Of a DNA stretch of 64,000 nt, positions 43,054-53,562 are shown in pieces (position 1 is the first letter of the stretch; every line of letters begins with the position of its first letter). Below the pieces are notes generated by a model that made no database searches, was not told the origin of the DNA, and saw only the letters and a program-made list of their open reading frames with translations. Both the position numbers and the translations under genes were made by a program. Origin of the DNA: Alphaproteobacteria bacterium (GTDB taxonomy: Bacteria > Pseudomonadota > Alphaproteobacteria > Bin95); NCBI GenBank assembly GCA_965205265.1, contig CBDBGH010000003.1, positions 1,792,001 through 1,856,000 of the forward strand, given 5' to 3'.

Positions 43054-43667
43054 ACGAAGAATGTCGCTGCGTGCCGGATGGCTGCCTGCGGCAGGGCCGT
43101 AACAGGTCCCGCCGTGTCGGTCAGGGTCCAGAGGCCGGCCCCGGTCAAGGCGTCGATCTTCGCCTGGAAACCGCCTTCCGAAAGCGCGGCTTCCGTGCAG
43201 CAGAAGATCAGCGCGCCGCCCTTCGCCGTCACGCGAACGAGTTCGTCGAGCGATTCCGGCGGCGCATGGCCGGGAGTAAAGACGCCGGTGCAGACGACCG
43301 CCTGGAAGGCGCCGTCGTCGAAGTCGAGCGGTTCGCCCAGGACCCTCTGCCGCAGGTCGCGATAGACGCCCTTGCGCCCGGCGGCCCGCAGCATGCCGTC
43401 GGAAAGGTCTATGCCTGTGAGATTCGCGTAACCGAGGCGCGCCAGGGCCGCCCCGATGATGCCGCTGCCGCAGCCTGCGTCCAGCACCGGCATTTCGCCC
43501 GGCGCCACATGGCGCCCGAACAGGCCCGCCGCCATCGGCGCATAGGCGTAGCCGCCCGACGACACATCCGCGTCGTAGCTGTCCGCCCAGTCGTCGTAGA
43601 TGCTCCGGTTCTCCTCCGTCGTTGCGGCGCCATAGACCCGTTCGAGCCACTGGTTGAGATCGCTCAC
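43041..43667 (-). CDS. Class I SAM-dependent methyltransferase
   Basis: YDDWADSYD, VLDAGCGSG, GIDLSDGML. Confidence 0.88.
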   Translation of the reverse strand: MSDLNQWLERVYGAATTEENRSIYDDWADSYDADVSSGGYAYAPMAAGLFGRHVAPGEMPVLDAGCGSGIIGAALARLGYANLTGIDLSDGMLRAAGRKGVYRDLRQRVLGEPLDFDDGAFQAVVCTGVFTPGHAPPESLDELVRVTAKGGALIFCCTEAALSEGGFQAKIDALTGAGLWTLTDTAGPVTALPQAAIRHAATFFVYRR

Positions 43668-43735
43668 TGTCTTTCCCTCTTCCGTTACCCGGGGGCCAGC
43701 ATACACTGCGCCGCCGGAACAGGAACGAAGCCCGC

Positions 43736-44476
43736 ATGGCCGATACAGACATCCTCCTCCAGGAAGACCGCGGCAGCACCCGCATTCTCACCCTCAACAG
43801 GCCGTGCCGCCTAAATGCGCTGAACGGCGCCCTGGTCGATGCAATCTGCGCCGCGGTCAGGCGCGCGCATGGCGATGAAACGGTGGCGTGCATCCTGCTG
43901 CAGGGCAATGAGCGCGCGTTTTCCGCCGGCGCCGACATGAAGGAAGCCGCGGACCATGCCGGCGAAGGCCTGCGCGCCGCCCGCAACCGGGCGGAGGCCG
44001 GGGCGACGATCTACGAGCTCGGCCGGCTGACCGACAAGCCGCTGATTGCGGCGGTGCGCGGCTACGCGCTCGGCGGCGGCTGCAATCTCGCCATCGCCTG
44101 CGACCTCGCGGTCGCGGGCGCAAGCGCCGTGTTCGGCTATCCGGAGGTCCGCCGCGGGCTGGCCGCGACCATGGTCACGCCCGGCCTCGCGCACCGCATC
44201 GGGCCGAAGGCGGCGTTCGAACTGCTGACCCTCGCAGAGGACGTGTCCGCCAACCGGGCGCTGGAACTCGGAATGGTCAACCGGGTCGTGCCGGACGACA
44301 AGGTTCTCGACGAAGCGCTCTCGATGGCGGAGGCCCTGGCGGCTTTCGACCGGGAAGCGGTGCGCGCGACCAAGCGGGTGCTCCAACGCTCCCTCGACCT
44401 CCCGGTCGCGGACGCGCTGTCCGCTGCCCGCGAAACCATGCTTTCCATGCGCCGGGGGATGGTGCCGCCGGAGTGA
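43736..44476 (+). CDS. Enoyl-CoA hydratase/isomerase family protein
   Basis: LTLNRP..LNAL, FSAGAD, GYALGGG, YPEVRRG. Confidence 0.9.
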   Translation: MADTDILLQEDRGSTRILTLNRPCRLNALNGALVDAICAAVRRAHGDETVACILLQGNERAFSAGADMKEAADHAGEGLRAARNRAEAGATIYELGRLTDKPLIAAVRGYALGGGCNLAIACDLAVAGASAVFGYPEVRRGLAATMVTPGLAHRIGPKAAFELLTLAEDVSANRALELGMVNRVVPDDKVLDEALSMAEALAAFDREAVRATKRVLQRSLDLPVADALSAARETMLSMRRGMVPPE

Positions 44477-44534
44477 TTTGAACACTCGACCCCACCCTTA
44501 CCAAGGGTGTGCTCTACCCCTGAGCTACGGCGGC
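44460..44534 (-). tRNA. tRNA-Thr(GGT)
   Basis: Reverse complement reads GCCGCCGTAGCTCAGGGGTAGAGCACACCCTTGGTAAGGGTG...GTTCAAATC...CGGCGGCACCA, 75 nt. Confidence 0.97.
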
Positions 44535-44582
44535 CCGCCGGGCGCGTCTATGCCACAGGGAACGACGGGAGGGCAAGCGGAG

Positions 44583-44738
44583 ATGGCCGCCTCCGAAGAC
44601 CGGGAGACGAAGGAACAGAAACAACGGCGTCTCGCCGAGGCGCTCCGGCAGAACCTGCGCCGCCGCAAGGCGCGCCAGCGCGGCGAAGGCGACGAGGATA
44701 CCGAAGCGCCCGGCGACATTGCCGAACGGGACTGCTAA
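44583..44738 (+). CDS. Small basic hypothetical protein
   Basis: RLAEALRQNLRRRKAR motif, like the small ORF commonly seen upstream of alphaproteobacterial murA. Confidence 0.65.
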   Translation: MAASEDRETKEQKQRRLAEALRQNLRRRKARQRGEGDEDTEAPGDIAERDC

Positions 44739-44804
44739 AGCTACAAGCCGGCCGCAAACGCCGCGCCGGCCGGGAGAACGGCCGCTATCGCGGCGCGATT
44801 CAGG

Positions 44805-46166
44805 ATGAGGGCTCGACTCGTGCTCGAAACCGGTGCCAGAGCCTATCGCATTCGCGGCGGCAGGCCGTTGACCGGGGCGATCCGCGCCCAGACGGCCAAG
44901 AATGCCGTGAGCAAGCAGCTGGTCGCCTCCCTGCTGACCGCCGAGCCCTGCCGCCTGCTGGACGTGCCGGACATTTCAGAGATCGACCTCGCGCTCGGCA
45001 TGCTGGCGGAGATCGGCGCGACCGTGTCCCGCGACAACTCCGGGGCGGTGAACATCCAAACCGCCGCCATCGCCTCGACTGCCGTCGGGCAGCGCTATTC
45101 CGGCGTCAACCGCCTGCCTGTGCTGCTGATCGCCCCGCTTCTGCACCGGGCGGGCATGGCGCGCGTTCCGGTCGTCGGCGGCGACCATATCGGCGAGCGC
45201 CCCATAGATTTCCACATCGCGCTGCTGGAGCAGATGGGCGCGCGCATCGATGCCGACCGGGACGGCTATACCGCCAAGGCGGACCGGCTGAAAGGCGCCG
45301 TCGTCCGCCTGCCCTATCCGAGTGTCGGAGCGACGGAAAACGCCATCCAGGCCGCCTGCCTGGCGGACGGCACCACCGTGATCCACAACGCGGCCATCGA
45401 GCCGGAGATCGTCGATACGGTCCTCTTTCTCCAGAAGATGGGGGCGCTCATCCAGATCGAGACCGACCGCAAGATCGTCGTCGAAGGCGTGGAACGGCTT
45501 TCCGGCGCAACCCACCGGCCGATGGCGGACCGCATAGAGGTCGCATCCTTCGCCATGGCAGCGGTCGCGACCGGCGGGCGCGTGCGCATTTCCGGAGCCG
45601 ACCAGCGGGCCATGGTCACGTTCCTCAACGTGCTGCGGAAGGTCGGCGGCGGCTTCGAGATCGTGGACGACGCGATAACCTTCTTCCGCGCCCGCGACAC
45701 ATTGCGCCCGATCCACATCGAGACCGATGTGCATCCGGGGTTCATGACCGACTGGCAACAGCCGATGGCGACCCTGCTGACCCAGGCGGAAGGCGTCTCG
45801 GTCCTGCACGAAACGGTCTATGAGAACCGCTTCGGCTACACCGGCACCCTGAACGACATGGGCGCCAACATTACGCTCACCACCGCCTGCCTCGGCGGCA
45901 AGCCCTGCCGTTTCCTGGAACGCAACTTTCCCCACAGCGCCGTCGTGCAGGGCGCAACGCCGCTTGTCGGCCGGCGAATCGTGGTGCCGGATCTCAGGGC
46001 CGGCTTCGCCTATCTGCTCGCCGCGCTGATTGCCGAAGGGGAAAGCGAAGTCTTGGGAGCCGGCTTCATCGAGCGCGGCTACGCCGATGTTCCGGGACGG
46101 CTGGCGAGCATCGGCGCGGACATCGAGGTCGTTCCTGCATTCGGCGGCGATATGGCAGCTCAATGA
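44805..46166 (+). CDS. murA: UDP-N-acetylglucosamine 1-carboxyvinyltransferase, Asp-type active site
   Basis: [52 protein letters not shown]. Confidence 0.93.
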   Translation: MRARLVLETGARAYRIRGGRPLTGAIRAQTAKNAVSKQLVASLLTAEPCRLLDVPDISEIDLALGMLAEIGATVSRDNSGAVNIQTAAIASTAVGQRYSGVNRLPVLLIAPLLHRAGMARVPVVGGDHIGERPIDFHIALLEQMGARIDADRDGYTAKADRLKGAVVRLPYPSVGATENAIQAACLADGTTVIHNAAIEPEIVDTVLFLQKMGALIQIETDRKIVVEGVERLSGATHRPMADRIEVASFAMAAVATGGRVRISGADQRAMVTFLNVLRKVGGGFEIVDDAITFFRARDTLRPIHIETDVHPGFMTDWQQPMATLLTQAEGVSVLHETVYENRFGYTGTLNDMGANITLTTACLGGKPCRFLERNFPHSAVVQGATPLVGRRIVVPDLRAGFAYLLAALIAEGESEVLGAGFIERGYADVPGRLASIGADIEVVPAFGGDMAAQ

Positions 46167-46597
46167 GCCGGCAGCTCAAATTGCGCGCGACGTCCGTCGA
46201 GGAACTGCAGGTGATTGCGGCATGTATCCAGGACGCGATTGCACCCCTGGCGGACATGACCTGGATGCGGGACCAGAACCGGTTCGCCATCGTGTTCAAC
46301 CGCTTCCGATGGGAGTGCGCCGGCAACAGGCCGCCTTTCGAGCGCACGCACGCCATGCTGTCTTTCCAGAATGTCCGCGCCGTGCAGACCCACAATGTCG
46401 ACCGCGAGCGGCCGGACGGGCTGCTCAGCCTGCTGACCATAGCGCCGGGCGAAGACGCGGCGGTGGATCTGGCCTTTGCGGGCGGCGCCACAGTGCGGGT
46501 GGACAGCGAACCGCTCGACTGCGTCCTCGAAGACCTGGGCGAACCCTGGCCGACGGCGTGGCGGCCGGACCACGGGGCCGACGGGGGCGCGGCATGA
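46163..46597 (+). CDS. DUF2948 family protein
   Basis: [31 protein letters not shown]. murA-hisD synteny. Confidence 0.88.
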   Translation: MSRQLKLRATSVEELQVIAACIQDAIAPLADMTWMRDQNRFAIVFNRFRWECAGNRPPFERTHAMLSFQNVRAVQTHNVDRERPDGLLSLLTIAPGEDAAVDLAFAGGATVRVDSEPLDCVLEDLGEPWPTAWRPDHGADGGAA

Positions 46598-47256
46598 CCG
46601 GCCCGCTCGTTCTGGCGCTGCCGAAGGGGCGCATCCTCTCGGAAGCGATGCCCCTGGTCCGTGCTGCCGGTATCGAGCCGGAGCCCGGCTTCGACGATCC
46701 GGACGACCGGCGCCTGCACTTCCGGACCAACCTGCCGGACATGTCGATCGTCCGGGTCCGCTCCTTCGACGTCGCCACTTTCGTGGCATTCGGCGCCGCG
46801 GCGATCGGCATTGCGGGCCGGGACGTGATCATGGAGTTCGGGTATGACGAACTCTATGCGCCGCTCGATCTCGATATCGGCCACTGCCGCCTGGCCGTTG
46901 CGGAGCCAGCGGCCATGGTCGCCCATGACAATCCGCGGCGCTGGAGCCAGATCCGCATTGCGACGAAATATCCCGAAGTCACGAAACGGCATTTCGCCGC
47001 GCGCGGCGTGCAGGCGCAGTGCATCAGGCTCAACGGCGCGATGGAGCTCGCGCCTTCCCTCGGGCTCTGCCGCCGCATTGTGGACCTCGTTGCCTCCGGC
47101 GCGACCCTGAAGGCCAACGGCCTGGTCGAAGTCGAGCATATCGCGGACATCACGTCCTGTCTCATCGTCAACCGCACCCTGCTCAAGACGCGCACGGCGG
47201 AGCTTCAGGACTGGATCGAGCGCTTCCGGGAGGTCTCTCTTGCCGAGGCGGCTTGA
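46594..47256 (+). CDS. hisG: ATP phosphoribosyltransferase, short form
   Basis: [40 protein letters not shown]. Confidence 0.95.
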   Translation: MTGPLVLALPKGRILSEAMPLVRAAGIEPEPGFDDPDDRRLHFRTNLPDMSIVRVRSFDVATFVAFGAAAIGIAGRDVIMEFGYDELYAPLDLDIGHCRLAVAEPAAMVAHDNPRRWSQIRIATKYPEVTKRHFAARGVQAQCIRLNGAMELAPSLGLCRRIVDLVASGATLKANGLVEVEHIADITSCLIVNRTLLKTRTAELQDWIERFREVSLAEAA

Positions 47257-48523
47257 CACGACCGATCCGGATTTTGCCGGAGATTTCGACGCGCTGATAC
47301 GGGCGGACCGGGCCGGGGCGGAAGATGTCGACGCCGCGGTCGCCGCCATTCTCGCCGATGTCCGGGCGCGCGGCGACGCAGCCGTTGCAGAATATACCGA
47401 ACGCTTCGACGGCGTGACCGGCCCGCTGCGCATTCCGGTCGAAACGCTGGACCGGGCGCTTGCGGAAACACCGGCGCCGGCCCGGGACGCGCTCGAACTG
47501 GCGGCATCGCGGATCGAGGCATTCCATCGCGCGCAAATGCCGGCCGACCTCGATTACCGCGATGGGCTCGGCGTGCGGCTCGGCCTGCGCTGGACGCCGA
47601 TAGAGGCGGTCGGCCTGTATGTGCCGGGAGGCTCCGCCGCCTATCCGAGTTCGGTGCTGATGAATGCCGTTCCCGCCCGGGTGGCCGGCGTCGGGCGGCT
47701 CGCGATGACAGTGCCGACTCCGGCGGGCGCGTTCGACCCGCTGGTGCTTGCCGCCGCGCGGCTTGCGGGCATCGAGGAAGTTTACAGGATCGGCGGGGCG
47801 CAGGCCGTAGGCGCGCTCGCATTCGGCACCGGGAGCGTCCCGCCGGTGGACAAGATTGTCGGCCCCGGAAATATCTGGGTCGTGACCGCCAAGCGGCAGG
47901 TTTTCGGGCATGTCGGCATCGACACGATTGCAGGACCGTCGGAGGTGCTCGTCGTCTGGGACGGCTGCTGCCTGCCGTCGTGGATCGCAGCCGATCTGCT
48001 GGCGCAGGCGGAGCACGACGAGGCCGCGCAGAGCGTTCTCATCGCGCTGTCGCACGAGCATGCCGACGCTGTCGAAGCGGAAATCGCCAACCATCTCGAA
48101 ACCCTGCCGCGCGCCGCGACGGCACGCGCGAGCTGGGAGCGCCACGGCGCCTCCATCGTTGTCCGCAACCTGGAAGAAGCGCCGGCGTTGATCGACGCCA
48201 TCGCGCCCGAGCACCTCCAGCTGGCAGTCGCCGATCCGGAACCACTGGCCGGGCGGGTGCGCCATGCCGGCGCCGTATTTCTCGGCGCCCTCACTCCCGA
48301 GGCCATCGGCGATTATGTCGGCGGGCCGAATCATGTGCTGCCGACGTCCCGCGCCGCCCGGTTTGCGTCCGGGCTCGGCGTCACGGACTTCATGAAACGC
48401 ACAACCCTGCTGGGTTGCAGCGCAGATTCGCTGGCCGCCCTGGGCCCGGCCGCCACAGCACTCGCGGCAGCCGAGGGACTGGATGCTCACGGCCTGTCGG
48501 TTGCCCTCCGGCTCGATGGCTGA
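47240..48523 (+). CDS. hisD: Histidinol dehydrogenase
   Basis: [38 protein letters not shown]. Confidence 0.96.
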   Translation: MPRRLDTTDPDFAGDFDALIRADRAGAEDVDAAVAAILADVRARGDAAVAEYTERFDGVTGPLRIPVETLDRALAETPAPARDALELAASRIEAFHRAQMPADLDYRDGLGVRLGLRWTPIEAVGLYVPGGSAAYPSSVLMNAVPARVAGVGRLAMTVPTPAGAFDPLVLAAARLAGIEEVYRIGGAQAVGALAFGTGSVPPVDKIVGPGNIWVVTAKRQVFGHVGIDTIAGPSEVLVVWDGCCLPSWIAADLLAQAEHDEAAQSVLIALSHEHADAVEAEIANHLETLPRAATARASWERHGASIVVRNLEEAPALIDAIAPEHLQLAVADPEPLAGRVRHAGAVFLGALTPEAIGDYVGGPNHVLPTSRAARFASGLGVTDFMKRTTLLGCSADSLAALGPAATALAAAEGLDAHGLSVALRLDG

Positions 48524-49013
48524 CAAGGCGGACGAGAGCCGGTTCCGGATAGCCTCGGTCAGCCTCGACGAACGCCTTGTCCTGCGGCGCACGCCGGAGA
48601 TCGAGCAGGAACGAGCCGTCGCGATCTTCGATCTGGTGGAAAGGAACCGGTTCCGCCTGCTGGAAGGCCCCGCAGGGCCCTATGCGCTGCATCTGGCCGT
48701 CGTCGAGCGAAGGCTGGCACTGCGGGTAGCGGCTCCGGACGATCCGCCTCCGATGGACATCAGCGTTTCGCTCGGCGGCTTCCGGCGGGTCGTGAAGGAT
48801 TACTTCACCATCTGCGACAGCTATTACGAGGCGATCAAACGCCTGTCGCCCTCCCAGATCGAGGCCATCGACATGGGCCGGCGCGCCCTTCACGACGAAG
48901 GCGCGGACAAACTGCAACAGGCGCTGGCGGCCCATGTCGAGCTCGACCACGATACGGCCCGCCGCCTGTTCACCCTGCTTTGCGTCCTGCATTTCCGGGC
49001 CCGGTCCGAATGA
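48516..49013 (+). CDS. UPF0262 family protein
   Basis: EQERAVAIFDL, KDYF, IEAIDMGRRALHDEG, TARRLFTL. Confidence 0.92.
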   Translation: MADKADESRFRIASVSLDERLVLRRTPEIEQERAVAIFDLVERNRFRLLEGPAGPYALHLAVVERRLALRVAAPDDPPPMDISVSLGGFRRVVKDYFTICDSYYEAIKRLSPSQIEAIDMGRRALHDEGADKLQQALAAHVELDHDTARRLFTLLCVLHFRARSE

Positions 49014-49450
49014 GCCGCGCACCCCGCCGCCTGCTCTTTGCCTGCACCCGGAACGCGGTGCGTTCGCCCATGGCGGAGGCGCTGGCCGGACGCCGGCTGA
49101 GCCCGGGAACCTCCATCGACTCGGCAGGCGTGGAACCCGGTCTCGTCAATCCGTTCGCGGTTGCGGTCATGGACGAGATCGGCCTCGACATTCGCGGCCA
49201 CCGGGCGCGGACATTCGAGGAGCTTTCGGATTGCTCTTTCGATCTCGTCGTCGCGCTATCGGAAAACGCCTTCCGGGCCGCGAAACTGTTCGCTGCGGGA
49301 TTGGCAGCGACGGTCGAATATTGGGATGTCACGGATCCGACCCTGAACGAAGGATCGCGGGAACAGCGGCTCGCGGCATTCCGTTCGGTACGCGGCGATC
49401 TGGATGCCCGCATACGCGAACGCTTCCCCAACATGCCCCGCCTGGGCTAA
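49010..49450 (+). CDS. Low molecular weight phosphatase/ArsC family protein
   Basis: LFACTRNAVRSPMAE (CX5R), DPT..GSREQRL. Confidence 0.9.
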   Translation: MSRAPRRLLFACTRNAVRSPMAEALAGRRLSPGTSIDSAGVEPGLVNPFAVAVMDEIGLDIRGHRARTFEELSDCSFDLVVALSENAFRAAKLFAAGLAATVEYWDVTDPTLNEGSREQRLAAFRSVRGDLDARIRERFPNMPRLG

Positions 49451-49460
49451 CACGCTCTCC

Positions 49461-50036
49461 ATGGCTTCGCTTGTGCTTGCCTCCGCTTCGCCCCGCCGGC
49501 TCGAATTGCTCCGCCGTATCGGCATCGAACCGGATTGCGTCGCGCCGATGGAAATCGACGAAACGCCGCGGGCCGGGGAGTTGCCGCGGAACCTCGCCGC
49601 GCGGCTTGCCGGGGAGAAATGCGCGGCAGCGGCGGAACGCTTTCCCGAGAGCCATGTGCTTGCTGCGGATACGGTCGTGGCATGCGGGCGCCGGGTGCTC
49701 GGCAAGGCGCGGGATGCCGGGGAGGCGCGCCGTTTCCTCGCCCTGCTGTCGGGCCGCAGACACCGCGTCTGGGGAGGCATTTCGGTGCAGGCGCCCGACG
49801 GGCGGCGGGCAAGCCGGACGGTCCTGACCCATGTGGCGTTCAAGAGGCTGGAGGCGCGCGAGATCGAAAGCTATCTCGCTTGCGGCGAATGGCGGGACAA
49901 GGCCGGGGCTTACGGTATCCAGGGGCGGGCCGGCGCCTTCGTCAGGACGATCACGGGCTCTTACCCGAATGTCGTCGGCCTGGCCCTCTATGAAGCGCGG
50001 TCGCTGCTCGCCGGCCTCGGCTATCCCGCGCCGTGA
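49461..50036 (+). CDS. maf: Maf family nucleotide pyrophosphatase
   Basis: LASASPRRLELL, AADTVV, KAGAYGIQG, NVVGL. Confidence 0.93.
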   Translation: MASLVLASASPRRLELLRRIGIEPDCVAPMEIDETPRAGELPRNLAARLAGEKCAAAAERFPESHVLAADTVVACGRRVLGKARDAGEARRFLALLSGRRHRVWGGISVQAPDGRRASRTVLTHVAFKRLEAREIESYLACGEWRDKAGAYGIQGRAGAFVRTITGSYPNVVGLALYEARSLLAGLGYPAP

Positions 50037-51118
50037 ACCGGGCCCTGCTGACGGAAGCGCCCTGGGGCCGGGCGGCGGCGCTGCTGGCGGATGACGGCCC
50101 ATCGGAAATAAGGCTCGAACGGCCTGCCGACGAGATCGGTTCCCTATGGCGGGGCCGTGTGCTGCGCGTGGAGCCGGGACTGGGCGCCTTCGTCGATCTG
50201 GGAGGCGACGCGACGGGGTTGCTGGCCTCCGGCAAGCCGCCCCATGAAGGAGCAGCGGTGCTGGTGCAGGCGACCCGGCCCGCAACGGGAGGGAAAGGCC
50301 CGGCGCTCGGCGCGGTGCCGCGCCTTCCCGGCCGATATCTGGTCTATACGCCCCTGAGGGCGGATATTTCCGCGTCGAGGCGGCTGCCGGACGACGGGAC
50401 ACGAGCCCGGCTGCAAGGCTTTGCACGCCGCCTCCTTCAGCCAGGAGAAGGCGCGGTGGTGCGCGCGGCTGCAGCCGCCGCCGGCGACGCCGCCATTATC
50501 CGGGAGCTGGAGGTGCTGCGGTCCCGCTGGCAGCGCATCGACGCGGCCCGGGATGAAGCGCCGGCTCTCCTGTGGCGGGAACCCGACCCGCTTGCAGCCT
50601 TTCTGCGCGACCGGCTGGCCGCCGGCGGCACCGTTCTGGCGGACCGGTTGTTGCGCGGATATGCCGAACGCGCCGCACCGCCGGACGCGCGAATCGAACT
50701 GCTGGAAGAGCCCGGCTGGCGGGCCTTCGGCCTTGAGGACGCCATCGAACGGGCGCTGGAACCCGTCCTGCCGCTCGACGGCGGCGGCAGCATATCCCTG
50801 GAGGAAACGCGCGCAGGCATCGTCATCGATGTGGACGGCGGCGGGCGGAAGGGCGCGCTGGCGCTCAATCTGGAGGCCGCCGGGACCATCGCGCGGGAAA
50901 TCCGGTTGCGAGGGCTTGGCGGGCTGATCCTGATCGATTTCGTCGATCTCGACAGGGCCGCCGAACGGCGCCGGGTCGAACGCCGCCTGGCCGACGGCTT
51001 CGCCGGCGATCCGGCGGCGCGGCGGCAATTGCCGTTCTCGCCGCTCGGGGTGATAGAAATGACCCGCCAGCGACTCGGAGTCCCGCTTGCCGAACAATGG
51101 GCGCTCCGCCGGAGGTAG
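50033..51118 (+). CDS. Ribonuclease E/G family protein
   Basis: S1-like AFVDLG, KGP, IDVD, EIRLRGLGGLILIDF, EMTRQR. Confidence 0.85.
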   Translation: MNRALLTEAPWGRAAALLADDGPSEIRLERPADEIGSLWRGRVLRVEPGLGAFVDLGGDATGLLASGKPPHEGAAVLVQATRPATGGKGPALGAVPRLPGRYLVYTPLRADISASRRLPDDGTRARLQGFARRLLQPGEGAVVRAAAAAAGDAAIIRELEVLRSRWQRIDAARDEAPALLWREPDPLAAFLRDRLAAGGTVLADRLLRGYAERAAPPDARIELLEEPGWRAFGLEDAIERALEPVLPLDGGGSISLEETRAGIVIDVDGGGRKGALALNLEAAGTIAREIRLRGLGGLILIDFVDLDRAAERRRVERRLADGFAGDPAARRQLPFSPLGVIEMTRQRLGVPLAEQWALRRR

Positions 51119-51120
51119 CC

Positions 51121-51327
51121 ATGGCCGACGACCCCGTGAAACTCCGCCCCTTCGGTTCCTGTCCGATCTGCGGCCGGCCCGCCGTGGAGGCGGTGCGGCC
51201 GTTCTGCTCGCCCGGCTGCCGCCACCGCGACCTCGGCCGCTGGCTGACCGAAGGCTATGTCATCCAGGCAGGCGGCGGCCTCGGAGAAGCCCCGGCGGAG
51301 GACCTTCCGCCCGACGAGGACGGATAG
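51121..51327 (+). CDS. yacG: DNA gyrase inhibitor YacG
   Basis: CPICG..RPFCSPGC..DLGRWL. GGAGG RBS. Confidence 0.9.
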   Translation: MADDPVKLRPFGSCPICGRPAVEAVRPFCSPGCRHRDLGRWLTEGYVIQAGGGLGEAPAEDLPPDEDG

Positions 51328-51418
51328 CCGCGCCCGGCAGCGAAATGCCGCAAAACCGTGCAAAGCATGGCGCTTGCCGCCTTCTTTCATCACCTCTCCT
51401 GGTCTAGAAAGCGTTTCC

Positions 51419-52807
51419 ATGAGCGCTCCTCCCATCGGCCACAATGCGGCTATCGCCGCGCTGCGCGACGTGTTCGGCGACCGGCTGTCCACGTCCGATG
51501 CCGTTCGCGAGCAACACGGCCGGGGCGAGGACTACTTCCCGATGGCGCCGCCCGACGCGGTCGCGTTTGCGCTGACGACCGAGGAGGTCAGCGCCGCGCA
51601 CCGCATCTGCGCCGAATTCGGCCTGCCGGTCATTCCCTTCGGAACCGGCACGTCCCTCGAAGGGCATGTCAGCGCGGTGCAGGGCGGCCTTTCCATAGAC
51701 CTCAGCCGGATGAACGAGGTGCTCGAGGTCAATAGCGAGGACAGCGACTGCCGCGTGCAGGCGGGCGTCACGCGCAAGCAGCTGAACGAGTATCTGCGCG
51801 ATACCGGCCTGTTCTTCCCCATCGACCCCGGCGCCGATGCCTCGCTCGGCGGCATGGCGGCCACCGGGGCCTCCGGCACCAACGCCGTGCGCTACGGCAC
51901 GATGAGCGAAAACATCCTCGGGCTGACGGTCGTCATGCCCGATGGCGAGATCGTCGAAACCGGCGGCCGGGCGCGCAAGTCCTCCGCCGGCTACGACCTC
52001 ACGCGCCTGTTCATCGGGTCCGAAGGCACGCTCTGCACCATCGCCGAAGTGCGCCTCAGGCTCTACGGCATCCCGGAGAGCATCGCGTCCGCGGTCTGCC
52101 AGTTCCCGGACCTGGAGGCGGCGGTCGATACCGTGACGCTCACCATGCAGTCCGGCGTTCCGGTTGCGCGCATCGAGCTTCTGGACGACACGCAGATGGA
52201 CGCCTGCATCCGCTATTCGGACCTCGAGGACTTCGAGGTCAAGCCCACCCTGTTCTTCGAGTTCCACGGCTCCCCGGCCGGCACGGCGGAGCAGGCGGAG
52301 ACGGTCGAAGCCATCGCCGGAGAGCTCGGCGGCAGCGCCTTCCGCTGGACGCGAAACCAGGAAGAGCGCAACAAGCTCTGGCAGGCCCGCCACGATGTCT
52401 ATTACGCGTGCATGGCGCTGAGGCCCGGCTGCCGGGCCTGGTCCACGGATGTCTGCGTGCCGATCTCCCGGCTGGCGGAGTGCCTGATCGAGACCCGCCG
52501 CGATGTGGACGAGACCGGGCTGGTCGCCCCCATAGTCGGGCATGTCGGCGACGGCAATTTTCATTGCGGCATCGTCCTGGACCCGGACGACCCGGAGGAG
52601 ATGGCGGCCGCGCAGGCTTTCAACAAGCGCCTCGTCGCCCGGGCGCTGGCCATGGGCGGCACCTGCACCGGCGAGCACGGCGTCGGCCAGGGCAAGATCG
52701 ACTCGGTCGAGGCCGAGCGGGGCGAGGCCGTGGACGTGATGCGCGCCCTCAAGAGCGCGCTCGACCCGGAAAACAGGATGAACCCCGGCAAGGTGATACG
52801 GCTATGA
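51419..52807 (+). CDS. FAD-linked oxidase, D-lactate dehydrogenase/GlcD family
   Basis: PFGTGTSLEGH, DPGADAS, GSEGTL, GHVGDGNFH, GEHGVG, MNPGK. Confidence 0.9.
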   Translation: MSAPPIGHNAAIAALRDVFGDRLSTSDAVREQHGRGEDYFPMAPPDAVAFALTTEEVSAAHRICAEFGLPVIPFGTGTSLEGHVSAVQGGLSIDLSRMNEVLEVNSEDSDCRVQAGVTRKQLNEYLRDTGLFFPIDPGADASLGGMAATGASGTNAVRYGTMSENILGLTVVMPDGEIVETGGRARKSSAGYDLTRLFIGSEGTLCTIAEVRLRLYGIPESIASAVCQFPDLEAAVDTVTLTMQSGVPVARIELLDDTQMDACIRYSDLEDFEVKPTLFFEFHGSPAGTAEQAETVEAIAGELGGSAFRWTRNQEERNKLWQARHDVYYACMALRPGCRAWSTDVCVPISRLAECLIETRRDVDETGLVAPIVGHVGDGNFHCGIVLDPDDPEEMAAAQAFNKRLVARALAMGGTCTGEHGVGQGKIDSVEAERGEAVDVMRALKSALDPENRMNPGKVIRL

Positions 52808-53553
52808 CGCAACTCGCCCATGCCGAAATGCGGGAAGACCTCGCCTGCGCGCTGCGCTGGGCCGTCAGGCTGGACCTGCATGAAGGCGTCGACAACCACT
52901 TCTCCGCAGCCGTGCCGAGCGAGGACGGCGAAATGCGGGGCGACCGCTTCCTCATCAACCCCTACGGGGTCCACTGGTCGGAAATGACCGCCTCCGCGCT
53001 CTGCCTCTGCAACGAGGAGGGCGAGGTGCTGGAAGGCGGCGAGAAGGTCGAGAACACGGCCTTCTACATCCACAGCCGCATCCATGTGAACGTCCCCTCG
53101 GCCAAGGTCGTGCTGCACACCCACCAGCCCTACTCCACGGCGATCACGCTGCTGGAGGGCGGGCGGCTGGAGATGTGCGAGCAGAACGCGCTGATGTTCG
53201 ACGACCGCATCGCCTATGACGACGACTATGACGGCCTTGCCCTCGGCAATGACGAAGGCGACCGCCTGGCCCGCGCCATGGGCAACCGGTCCATCGCCTT
53301 TCTGGCAAGCCACGGCGTGATCGTTTCGGGCGAGACCGTGGGCGAGGCATTCACCGACCTCTTCTACCTGGAGCGCGCCGCCCAGTTCCAGATGATCGCC
53401 AGGGCGACCGGCGGGAAGCTGCGGGCGATTTCGGACGAGGTGCGCCAGTCCGTTCGCCAGCAATTCGCCGAGGAGCGGCCGAAGCTGGCGGAACGCCATT
53501 TCGCGGCGCTGAAGCGCATTCTCGACCGCGAAGAACCCGAATACCGGCTGTAA
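52804..53553 (+). CDS. Class II aldolase/adducin family protein
   Basis: HEGVDNHFS, IHSRIH, LHTH, HGVI. ATGA coupling to the upstream gene. Confidence 0.88.
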   Translation: MTQLAHAEMREDLACALRWAVRLDLHEGVDNHFSAAVPSEDGEMRGDRFLINPYGVHWSEMTASALCLCNEEGEVLEGGEKVENTAFYIHSRIHVNVPSAKVVLHTHQPYSTAITLLEGGRLEMCEQNALMFDDRIAYDDDYDGLALGNDEGDRLARAMGNRSIAFLASHGVIVSGETVGEAFTDLFYLERAAQFQMIARATGGKLRAISDEVRQSVRQQFAEERPKLAERHFAALKRILDREEPEYRL

Positions 53554-53562
53554 GACGCGGCC

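Noticed and set aside
49450-49461. No infA between the LMW phosphatase gene and maf
   Set aside because: Gene order varies here among alphaproteobacteria. Loss cannot be judged from one window.
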